Assembly: GCA_035474295.1 (NCBI GenBank)
Contig: DATINL010000036.1
Location: 14,041-78,040, forward strand
From: Solirubrobacteraceae bacterium
Lineage (GTDB): Bacteria > Actinomycetota > Thermoleophilia > Solirubrobacterales > Solirubrobacteraceae
DNA: 64,000 nt
Reading direction: 5' to 3'
Every line of letters starts with the position of its first letter. Position 1 is the first letter of the stretch. Below are positions 56,008 through 64,000 of this stretch, in pieces. The notes under the pieces were generated by a model. That model did not search any database. It had not been told where the DNA came from and saw nothing but the letters and a program-made list of their open reading frames with translations. Made by a program: the position numbers and the translations under genes.

Positions 56008-56709
56008 ATGGCGGAGGCGCACACAAACAGATTGCGACGCAGTACGGAGTCACCGGGTTATTGGCTCGAAGGCAAGTACTACGAAGGATTCGCAGATGAC
56101 CCCTTGCTCCCTGAAGGCCATCGGCGGCGCATCGCCGCCTGGGCGCGTAAAGCCGGCACTCTGTCTGTCTCCCAGCAGGCGCTGCTGGAGTCGCCGCCTA
56201 CCCGTGGGCCGTCCGCGGCGCAGCAGCAGGCTGAAGCGCTTGCCGGATCTGAGACCAGCCCCATGTGGCGCTGTATCACTGAGGAAGAGCAGCAGATGGT
56301 GCGCGATCCCGGGGCCCACCCAATGCTCGCTGGCGTGAGCTATCCGCTCGGCATCGGGCAGCTCGCTTCGCTCACGGGCTCGACTCACGATCAGATTCGT
56401 CACTGGCACGAGCTTGGCCTGCTGCGCGCCCGCCGGAGCAAGGGCGGCCATCGCCAGTTCTTCGCCAATGCCGTGTTGCGTGCGTTCTTCCTGCGCAGGC
56501 ACATGTCTCAGCCGTACATCACAGTGCTGCGCGACATCAGCAAGCTCGAGGGCGCCCCGCTGCTTGCGGGCATGGCAACGCTGTTGCATGAGCAAGCGTC
56601 TCGGTTCGACAGCGTTGGGCACGACCTGCTTACACAGACGGCTCAAAACCTCGACCGGGTCAGCACCCTGTTCGCCGGGCGCCCGGGCACAGCGTCACCG
56701 ATCGTCTGA
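56008..56709 (+). CDS. MerR-type HTH protein with uncharacterised N-terminal domain
   Basis: LGIGQLASLTGSTHDQIRHWHELGLL.ARRSKGGHRQF; TGcTATTGT extended -10 seven bases before ATG. Confidence 0.75.
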   Translation: MAEAHTNRLRRSTESPGYWLEGKYYEGFADDPLLPEGHRRRIAAWARKAGTLSVSQQALLESPPTRGPSAAQQQAEALAGSETSPMWRCITEEEQQMVRDPGAHPMLAGVSYPLGIGQLASLTGSTHDQIRHWHELGLLRARRSKGGHRQFFANAVLRAFFLRRHMSQPYITVLRDISKLEGAPLLAGMATLLHEQASRFDSVGHDLLTQTAQNLDRVSTLFAGRPGTASPIV

Positions 56710-56870
56710 TTCAGCAGCAGCTGCTCCGGCGCCTTGCCTCCCGCCCGCACGCATGACCACGCCCACGGCCATTGCGTTAGGTACGAACCCGCCTGAATCC
56801 CGCAAATAGCGGGCCGAGCAGGCCGAGGAGTGGAGGTCCAAACCCAGCCGGGTTCTATCTTTGGAACCCA

Positions 56871-59075
56871 ATGGCAAAGGACACCGAGAAGCTGATCCGC
56901 CAGTTGTCGCTGATCTCATACCTGATGGCCGAGCGCCGGCCCGTCACGGCCCTCGAGATCCGGCGCGACGTGGAGGGCTACAGCGGCATGAACGAAGACG
57001 CGTTCGCCCGCCGCTTCTACGCCGACCGCTCGGAGCTCGAATCGCTGCGCATCCAACTCACCGTCGAGAAACCCGCCGACGGCGCCGCCGAGCAGGAGAA
57101 CTATTCGCTGCGCCCGGAGAACTTCCACCTGCCCGCGATCGAGTTCTCAGACCAGGAGCTCGCGGCGCTGCAAACCGCGCTGCACCTGCTCGACGGCGAG
57201 TTCGCCTACGCCGAGCCGCTGCGCCTCGCGCTGCAGCAGATCACCTGGGGCCGCCCGAGCCCGCTGCGCGCCCCCGAGCAGCGCTCGGTCGCACTCGGCA
57301 TCACCGCATCCGCCGGCGGCCATGACCTGTCGGCGCGTTTGACGAAGATCGAAACCGCGATCTTCCGCAACAAAACGATCACGTTCGACTACTACACGAT
57401 GGAACGCGACGACGTCGGCTCGCGCCGCGTCGACCCCTACCACCTGTTGTTCCAAGGCGGCGAGTTCTACCTGCTCGGGCGCGCGCACGAACGTGAGGCG
57501 ATTCGCGTGTTCCGGCTCTCGCGCATCCGCGGCAAAGTCTCCTACGCCACCAAAGCCGAGCACGACTTCAAACGCCCCGCCGACTTCGACCCGCGCTCCT
57601 ACGCCTCGCGTGCGGAATGGCAGTTCGGCGACGAGCTCGGCACCGCCGAGATCCTGCTATCCGAGCGCATCGCCTGGCAGATCGAGCGTCACTTCGGTCG
57701 CTACGGAGAGATCCTCGACGAGCATTCTGCCAGCAACGGCGGTGGTCATCGCGACCGCAGCGATCACAGCAGCGATCACAGCAGCGGCCACGGCCACGGC
57801 CACGGCGGCGACGCCGACGGCAGCGAGAGCGACGGCGACAAGCTGTTCCGCACCGGCTACTCCAACTCGCGCATGCTCGTCTCATGGGTGCTCGGGCTCG
57901 GCGAGCACGCTCGCCTGCAAGCCCCCCCCGAGCTCGTCGAGGAGCTCCAGCAGCGCGTCGCGCTGCTGGAGGAGCGTCACGCCGAAACCACGCTGCAGCT
58001 CGCTCCCGGCGCGCCCGCGCCGCCGCCCGCGCCCGTGCGCGCGCCGCGCACCTCCCGCCGCGCCGCCGCCGACGGCGATAGCGACTCCTCGCGCCGCAGC
58101 GAAACTGCGATTCGCCCGGAGCGCTTCGCGCGCCTGGTGACGCTCGCCAGCATCCTGATCACCTCCGGGCGCGCCGGCAAGCGCGTGTCGATCGCCGACG
58201 TGCGCGAGCGCCTGCAGCTCAGCGACGAGGAGCTGCGCGAAGACATCAACGTGCTCAACGTCGTCAACTTCGGCGGCGGCTCGTACGTGTTGTACGCGGA
58301 GATCCTCGACGACGAAGGCGAGATCGACGTCGACCCCGAGCCTTACAGCGACAACTTCGACCGTCCCGCGCGTCTGCTGCCGGTCGAAGCGAAAGCGCTG
58401 ATCGCCGCGATCGACCTGATCGGCGAGCACATCCCCGAAGGCTCGCTCGCATCCGCGCGCGAGAAGATCGTCACCGCGCTCGGTGAAGACCCGATGGAGC
58501 AGGGCCTGCAAGTCGCGCACGCCACCGGCAACGACTCCGAAGTCGCCTCCACGATCTCCCGCGCCATCACCGAGCACCGCCTGGTCGAGCTCGAGTACTA
58601 CAAGGAGAACGAAGACCAGTTCTCCCAGCGCCGCGTCGAGCCCTACGCGCTCACCAACGGTCGCGAAGGCTGGTACGTCGCGTCGTTCGACCCCCAGAAA
58701 GCCGAGATGCGCCACTTCCGCCTGGATCGCATCAAGCGCGCGGAAGTCACCGACCAAACGTTCGACCCGCGCCCCGAAGTGAACCCCGCTGCCGACGTCG
58801 ACGGCTGGATGCGCACCGGCGAAGTGCAAGCGTCGCGCACCGCACGCGTATGGATCTCCCCCGCGCGTGCGCGCTGGGCCCGTGAGCAGCGCCGCGTCGT
58901 CGAAGAGCTCAACGACGGCTCGATCGTCGTCGAGCTGAGCTTCGCCGGCGTCGACTGGCTGGTGCGCGAGATCCTCAAGGAAGCCGGCGACGCTGCCGTG
59001 CTCGAGCCGCAAGACGCACGCACAGCTGTGCTTGCCGCGGTTGCGCGTCTGCGCGGCGTCCCCGCCGGGGTCTAA
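56871..59075 (+). CDS. pafBC: Fused PafBC-type regulator (two HTH-WYL-WCX modules)
   Basis: Module 1 FARRFYADR.EL, RRVDPYHL..QGGEFYL, RVFRLSRI; module 2 ERFARL, RRVEPYAL...REGWYV, RHFRLDRI. Confidence 0.88.
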   Translation: MAKDTEKLIRQLSLISYLMAERRPVTALEIRRDVEGYSGMNEDAFARRFYADRSELESLRIQLTVEKPADGAAEQENYSLRPENFHLPAIEFSDQELAALQTALHLLDGEFAYAEPLRLALQQITWGRPSPLRAPEQRSVALGITASAGGHDLSARLTKIETAIFRNKTITFDYYTMERDDVGSRRVDPYHLLFQGGEFYLLGRAHEREAIRVFRLSRIRGKVSYATKAEHDFKRPADFDPRSYASRAEWQFGDELGTAEILLSERIAWQIERHFGRYGEILDEHSASNGGGHRDRSDHSSDHSSGHGHGHGGDADGSESDGDKLFRTGYSNSRMLVSWVLGLGEHARLQAPPELVEELQQRVALLEERHAETTLQLAPGAPAPPPAPVRAPRTSRRAAADGDSDSSRRSETAIRPERFARLVTLASILITSGRAGKRVSIADVRERLQLSDEELREDINVLNVVNFGGGSYVLYAEILDDEGEIDVDPEPYSDNFDRPARLLPVEAKALIAAIDLIGEHIPEGSLASAREKIVTALGEDPMEQGLQVAHATGNDSEVASTISRAITEHRLVELEYYKENEDQFSQRRVEPYALTNGREGWYVASFDPQKAEMRHFRLDRIKRAEVTDQTFDPRPEVNPAADVDGWMRTGEVQASRTARVWISPARARWAREQRRVVEELNDGSIVVELSFAGVDWLVREILKEAGDAAVLEPQDARTAVLAAVARLRGVPAGV

Positions 59076-59083
59076 TTCGCAGC

Positions 59084-59587
59084 ATGAGTCGACGCGACCA
59101 GATCAAGATGAGCGAGGCCGAAGTCGCGTCGTTCCTGGCGGAGGAGCGCACGGTGGTCTGCGCCACCCAGGGCCCGCGCGGGTGGCCGCACCTGATGCCG
59201 CTGTGGTTCGTATCGCGCGATGCGCCTGCCGACGAGCCAGGTCCGCGAATCTGGGCGTGGACGTACGCCTCCTCGCAGAAGACCCGCAACCTCGAGCGCG
59301 ACGCGCGCGCGACGCTGCAGGTTGAGACGGGTGAGGTGTATCAAGAGCTGCGCGGCGTGATGCTCGAGACCGACGCGGTCATCCACCGCGACTTCGACAC
59401 TGTGCGCGCGCTCGGCCATGAGATCTTCGCGCGCTACGCGTCGCCACGTGGCGAGCCACCGGCACCTGAGCTGCACCCCGACGTCGGCTCGATGGTCGAC
59501 AAGCAGGCCGCCAAGCGCGTGGCGTTCGAGTTCGTCGAGCGCCGCCGCGCGAGCTGGGATCATCGCAAGCTGGGTGGCGTCTACTAA
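59084..59587 (+). CDS. Pyridoxamine 5'-phosphate oxidase (PPOX class, F420-dependent) family protein
   Basis: RRDQIKMSEAEV..FL, PHLMPLWF, SQKTRNLERD.RATLQVE.G..Y.ELRGV, SWDHRKL. Confidence 0.88.
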   Translation: MSRRDQIKMSEAEVASFLAEERTVVCATQGPRGWPHLMPLWFVSRDAPADEPGPRIWAWTYASSQKTRNLERDARATLQVETGEVYQELRGVMLETDAVIHRDFDTVRALGHEIFARYASPRGEPPAPELHPDVGSMVDKQAAKRVAFEFVERRRASWDHRKLGGVY

Positions 59588-59670
59588 CTCGCGCCTTTGA
59601 AGTCGGCCGGTCGCTCGAAAAGTGCGTGATTAGCAGCTAGAGTGTGCAGTATCGTGTGCAGAGGAGCCTG

Positions 59671-60417
59671 ATGCCAGAACCTGTCCTGCGTAACAGCCCA
59701 CTTTCGAGCGTCTTCTGCGAGGTGCGTTTCGAGGCCACCTCACTCGACTCGAGCGCGATCCTGCGCCTGAACGACCAGCTCGCGCTCACTGGCCTGACGC
59801 AGTACAGCGACGAGCAGGGCATGCAGATCGCTGTTCGGCCTGGGCAACTTCAGCAGACGCCGATCAAGCGCCATCGGTTCGCCAGCGCCGATGGGTCCGA
59901 AGCGCTGACGCTCGATGCCAACGCGTTTGCGTTCGAAGTCGCGGTCTACGGTGGCATTGACAGTTTCCTCGAGGCGTGGATGCCGGTTGCGCGCGCAGCG
60001 GGGGAAGCGCTGGGTCTCGAATCGCGCACACGCATCGGCCTGCGCTACGTGAATGAGCTGCCGCTGTCCGGCGACACACGTGACGCTGTCGCCGAGGCGA
60101 TCAAATCCGAGCTGCTCCCGCCATGGGCCGCCCAAGAGCACCTGCAGCAGCTGTCGGTTTCGCTGCACGAGCTGCGTTTCGGTCAGCCCGAGGGTGAGCT
60201 GACCTTCCGGCATGGCATGCAGCGCGCGGCTCCCGGTGCTCGACCGGTCTACCTCCTGGACTTCGATCACTACGAGCAGCGGCTGCGCGCCTTTGACGTC
60301 GACGACGACGAGCAGCGCCTACGACGCTTCAACGATGTTCTGTACAACGTCTTTCGCTGGTCGATAACCGATGCTCAGTACCAAGACTTCGATCCTGAGG
60401 AGCGCCCCGATGCCTGA
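59671..60417 (+). CDS. TIGR04255 family protein
   Basis: SPLSSVFCEVRF, RIGLRYVNEL, YLLDFD, LYNVFRWSIT; GAGGAG RBS. Confidence 0.85.
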   Translation: MPEPVLRNSPLSSVFCEVRFEATSLDSSAILRLNDQLALTGLTQYSDEQGMQIAVRPGQLQQTPIKRHRFASADGSEALTLDANAFAFEVAVYGGIDSFLEAWMPVARAAGEALGLESRTRIGLRYVNELPLSGDTRDAVAEAIKSELLPPWAAQEHLQQLSVSLHELRFGQPEGELTFRHGMQRAAPGARPVYLLDFDHYEQRLRAFDVDDDEQRLRRFNDVLYNVFRWSITDAQYQDFDPEERPDA

Positions 60418-61177
60418 TACGGCGAGGTGGTCAAAAGCGAAGCCGGCACCCCATTGGTATGGGCTGGGGGAACATGGCTTCGCATACATGGATTGTGTCG
60501 AGGACACGGGCGTGACGCTGGTGCCGCGCCTCTCCCGGCGTGACGGCAGCACCGGCGCGTGGGGCGATCCCTGCCGGGAAACCTTGGATCGCGGAGACGC
60601 ATACTGCATATTCGCGGTTGCGCCGCCCACTGCACTGAGGCCGAACATGGATGTCTACGGGTGCGCGTTACCGCAGGACGTAGTGACCATCACTCCATTT
60701 CGTCCGAAGCTCCACAGACCACAGCCGCTCGTAGTCGCAGTGCCGCAGGTGGCGCTCGAGGATGTGCTGGCCGGCCTGCGCTCACAGGCGGGGCTTCCCG
60801 TCGGCGACCTGGCTGCAATGCTGGGCGTCTCGCGCCGGCAGTTCTACAACTGGGTGAGCTGCGAGAACGAGCCTGACCTCGAGCAGGAACAGCGGGTGCG
60901 GCGCACGGCTACGCTGGTCACGCGGCTGCACGAGCACTACCCGGCGAGCCGCCTCGTGCGAGCGGCCCTGCTGACCTCTACCGTGAACGGCAGCGCGTTC
61001 GACGCATTCAAGGAGAACGATCTCGTGAGTGCCGAGCTCGCCGTCGACGCGGTCATCGCTGTGGCCCAGAAGCCGCGCGAGGGCATCGCGCCAGTCGATC
61101 GACTGCCATACGATCGTGAGCGAGTGCTGATCGAGCTGGAGCATCTGCGTGGCACTCCCCGTCAGGGAGATGGCTGA
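60410..61177 (+). CDS. Xre-like HTH protein (putative antitoxin)
   Basis: GLPVGDLAAMLGVSRRQFYNWV HTH; GAGGAG RBS; start overlaps upstream stop. Confidence 0.72.
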   Translation: MPDTARWSKAKPAPHWYGLGEHGFAYMDCVEDTGVTLVPRLSRRDGSTGAWGDPCRETLDRGDAYCIFAVAPPTALRPNMDVYGCALPQDVVTITPFRPKLHRPQPLVVAVPQVALEDVLAGLRSQAGLPVGDLAAMLGVSRRQFYNWVSCENEPDLEQEQRVRRTATLVTRLHEHYPASRLVRAALLTSTVNGSAFDAFKENDLVSAELAVDAVIAVAQKPREGIAPVDRLPYDRERVLIELEHLRGTPRQGDG

Positions 61178-62162
61178 TACCCGTGGCACCCCGCCGCTGC
61201 ATCCGCGCCTGGACGAGCTTCTTCGGCTCGACCGGGATGCGCGCCTGAAGCTGATCCAGGAGATCAGCGCAAAGGGCTTTGAGCCGGGCTGCTGGATTCG
61301 TCTCGAAGATGCCGATCTGATGCACGGTGCGATAGCCGTACGGGACATGGTCTGGGCGCTGGAGCGCATTGAGAAGCTGCCTGCCGGTGCGCTGTTGGGT
61401 GTCGAGGAATTCGAAGGTGAGCATCCTTGGAATCCACCGGCAGACGGTGAAAGTGCTTGGATCATCATCAGCCAAACCTGCGACTTGGTGCGCGACGTGC
61501 GTGACGAGCCGTTGATCCAAGTGGCGCTGCTTCGTTGCGCGGGTGACACCGAGGACCTCCCGTCCTGGTCGCGGAACTCTGCGCGCTGGATCCCGCTCGA
61601 TCCGACGGGCAAGCGCTCGCGCTACTACGTTGACCTGCGCGTGCAAGCCTTCGTGCCCAAGCAGCTGCTTGCCGGGCAAGAGGTCAAACAGGCGATCCCC
61701 GCGGATCGTTTTGGCAAGCAGCGCCCACGCACTCGCTTTCCGCTGCGGGTCGGGCAGCGCCATAGCCGGATAGGAGTCCCAACGCCGATCGTCGAACGGA
61801 TCGTCGACCCGCTTGCCGGGGTATTGAAGAGGAACAAATCGCTGCGCGTCAAACTTGACGGCGCATTCTCAGAGTGGCTCTTGCTTCCCGCGGAGGCCGA
61901 GCACGACCCGCTGATTCTCCTGGGCATCACTCCGCACGACCCTGGTGACCTGGCGTTTCGGGACGCTGAGGACCTTTTCTTCGGGCAGCTGTGGAATGTA
62001 TTCCCACCAGACTTACGGGAACGCCTGGATGAGAGCCGCTCGCAAGTCATCGCGCTCGACGATCTGACGGTGCCAGTGTGGACAGCGGCCTGGAGGCTCG
62101 ACCTCGACTTTCTGACATATGGCAGCAAAGGCGACGCCGACTCGCCCGAGCCCCATGCATGA
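61170..62162 (+). CDS. Hypothetical protein with IIISQTCDL motif (possible PemK/MazF-like fold)
   Basis: WIIISQTCDLV, EPLIQV, YYVDLR, C-terminal LDLDFLT; GGGAG RBS; start overlaps upstream stop. Confidence 0.72.
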   Translation: MADTRGTPPLHPRLDELLRLDRDARLKLIQEISAKGFEPGCWIRLEDADLMHGAIAVRDMVWALERIEKLPAGALLGVEEFEGEHPWNPPADGESAWIIISQTCDLVRDVRDEPLIQVALLRCAGDTEDLPSWSRNSARWIPLDPTGKRSRYYVDLRVQAFVPKQLLAGQEVKQAIPADRFGKQRPRTRFPLRVGQRHSRIGVPTPIVERIVDPLAGVLKRNKSLRVKLDGAFSEWLLLPAEAEHDPLILLGITPHDPGDLAFRDAEDLFFGQLWNVFPPDLRERLDESRSQVIALDDLTVPVWTAAWRLDLDFLTYGSKGDADSPEPHA

Positions 62163-62232
62163 GGTCGACTCGAGCGATTGGAGGACAACGCCGACGCGCC
62201 AACAGCGCCTTGCTCGATAGTCTGCATCCCGC

Positions 62233-63327
62233 GTGCAGCCGTTGAAAGGACTCATCCTGTCTGGGGGCAAGGGCACACGCCTGCGCCCGATCACCCACAC
62301 GAGCGCCAAGCAGCTCGTGCCGGTGGCCAACAAGCCCGTGCTGTTCTACGGCATCGAAGCGATGGCCGCCGCCGGGATCGAGGAGGTCGGGATCATCATC
62401 GCCCCCGAAACGGGCCAGGAGATCCGCGACGCCGCCGGTGATGGCTCCCAATTCGGGGTGCGCATCACCTACGTGGTGCAGGACGAGCCGGCGGGGCTCG
62501 CCCATGCGGTGCTCACAGCTGAGCCGTTCCTCGGCGACAGCCCGTTCGTGATGTACCTCGGCGACAACCTGCTGCAAGGCGGCATCTCCGATCTCGTCAG
62601 CGCGTTCCGCGAGCACCAGCCCGACGCGCTGATCCTGCTCACGCCGGTGCCCGACCCTGAGAACTTCGGCGTTGCCGAGCTCTCCCAGCCGGAGCACGCG
62701 GGTGAGACCGGCCACGTCGTGCGCCTCGTGGAGAAGCCCCCCGAGCCCGCCACGAACCTGGCGCTGGTCGGCGTGTACATGTTCACCGCGTCGATCCACG
62801 ACGCCGCGCGCGCGATCGCCCCGTCCCAGCGCGGCGAGCTCGAGATCACCGACGCGATCCAGAACCTGGTGGACTCCGGGATGCGCGTGGAGCCGCACAT
62901 CGTGCGCGGCTGGTGGAAGGACACCGGGCGTCTGGACGACATGCTCGAAGCGAATCGCCTGATCCTCGACAACATGGTCGGCCGGCTCGACGGCGAGCTG
63001 ATCGAGTCGCAAGTCGACGGACGCGTCGTGATCGAGCCCGGCGCGCGCTTGGAGCGCACCACCGTGCGCGGCCCGGCCGTGATCGGCGCCGGCGCACAGC
63101 TGCGCGACTGCTACATCGGCCCGTACACCGCGATCGGCGAGCACTGCCACATCTCCCGCGCGGAAGTCGAGCACTCGATCCTGCTGAGCGGCTCCTCGGT
63201 GTGCGATCTGGACGGCCGCATGGAGTCCTCGCTGCTGGGTCGCAACGTGTCGGTCCGCCGCGGCGATCGCCAGCCGCGCGCATACCGCTTCATGGTCGGC
63301 GACAACTCCGACATCTCGATCCTGTGA
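62233..63327 (+). CDS. rfbA: Glucose-1-phosphate thymidylyltransferase (long form)
   Basis: GGKGTRLRPITHTSAKQLVPVANKP, GLAHAV, YLGDN, VEKP, RGELEITD, WWKDTG. Confidence 0.95.
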   Translation: MQPLKGLILSGGKGTRLRPITHTSAKQLVPVANKPVLFYGIEAMAAAGIEEVGIIIAPETGQEIRDAAGDGSQFGVRITYVVQDEPAGLAHAVLTAEPFLGDSPFVMYLGDNLLQGGISDLVSAFREHQPDALILLTPVPDPENFGVAELSQPEHAGETGHVVRLVEKPPEPATNLALVGVYMFTASIHDAARAIAPSQRGELEITDAIQNLVDSGMRVEPHIVRGWWKDTGRLDDMLEANRLILDNMVGRLDGELIESQVDGRVVIEPGARLERTTVRGPAVIGAGAQLRDCYIGPYTAIGEHCHISRAEVEHSILLSGSSVCDLDGRMESSLLGRNVSVRRGDRQPRAYRFMVGDNSDISIL

Positions 63328-63388
63328 ACGCGCCGCTCAGAATGTCGCTCAGGACTGTGCGCACGCCTCTCGGCAGCGGAGCCGCGCA

Positions 63389-64000
63389 GTGAAGATCCTC
63401 GTCCCCGGCGGATCCGGGATGCTCGGCCACGACGTGCGCCGCGCCGGCGAGCGCGCCGGCCACGAGCTCGTGCTCGTGGACCTGCCCGAGCTCGACATCA
63501 CCGACGAGCACGCTGTGCAGGCGCTCTACGAGCGCGAGCGCCCCGACGCGACGATCAACTGCGCCGCCTGGACCGACGTCGATGGCGCGGAAACCAAACA
63601 AGCCCAGGCCCAGGCGGTCAACGCCGACGGCGCCGGCATCCTCGCGCGCGCCGCCGGCGCGCTCGGCACGCCGCTGCTGCAGCTCAGCACCGACTACGTG
63701 TTCAGCGGCGCCGCGCCGCTCGACGCCGACGGCCAGCCGCGCGCGTACGTCGAATCCGACCCGACCGGCCCGCGGTCGGTGTACGGCTCGACGAAGCTCG
63801 CCGGCGAGCAGCAGGTGCTGGCTGCGTCTCCGCGCCACACGGTCGTGCGCAGCTCGTGGCTGTTCGGCCTCGACGGGCACAACTTTGTCGCCACGATGTT
63901 GCGTATCGCCGCCGAGCGCGCCGCGAGCGGCGAGCCTGCTGTCGTGCAGGTGGTTACCGACCAGGTCGGCTGTCCCACCTGGACCGGCCAGCTTGCGCCC
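63389..64000 (+). CDS. rfbD: dTDP-4-dehydrorhamnose reductase (partial, runs off window)
   Basis: KILVPGGSGMLG, INCAAWTDVD.AE, STDYVF, YGSTKLAGE, RSSWLFG, DQVGCPT. Confidence 0.93.
   Translation, partial: MKILVPGGSGMLGHDVRRAGERAGHELVLVDLPELDITDEHAVQALYERERPDATINCAAWTDVDGAETKQAQAQAVNADGAGILARAAGALGTPLLQLSTDYVFSGAAPLDADGQPRAYVESDPTGPRSVYGSTKLAGEQQVLAASPRHTVVRSSWLFGLDGHNFVATMLRIAAERAASGEPAVVQVVTDQVGCPTWTGQLAP

Overview
High-GC actinobacterial chromosomal DNA; the gene content resembles Thermoleophilia/Solirubrobacterales (inference). No rRNA or CRISPR array is visible. 1-22 kb: signalling genes (class III adenylate cyclase, GGDEF protein), oxidoreductases, an acylphosphatase-LigD phosphoesterase fusion, a LuxR-AAA regulator divergent from a methyltransferase / hydrolase-glycosyltransferase / DUF4242 cluster, an alkylation-repair trio and a BTAD regulator. 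22-28.6 kb: accessory islet with a frameshifted IS1380 element, a Fic protein, a DUF1778-GNAT toxin-antitoxin pair and a double methyltransferase. 28.9-34.7 kb: xth, a repeat-flanked secreted Ca-binding protein, an HD-GYP/B12-domain protein, an epimerase and an M23 peptidase. A tRNA-Phe(GAA) at 34678 is followed by a decayed island: pseudogenes, PLD, secreted proteins, a repeat-flanked DHFR-like gene, small membrane ORFs, a long flavin amine oxidase and a nuclease-like gene. 47-55 kb: metabolic genes with many short tandem duplications at gene boundaries. 55.5-62.2 kb: a fused PafBC (double WYL) regulator flanked by the two best candidate novel systems. One is a stand-alone HYD1-type ADP-ribosyltransferase paired with a MerR-HTH protein. 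The other is a coupled TIGR04255 / Xre-HTH / 'SQTCD' three-gene operon that could be a toxin-antitoxin-chaperone module. The window ends in the dTDP-rhamnose genes rfbA and rfbD. All family assignments come from motif recognition by eye; no database searches were run.
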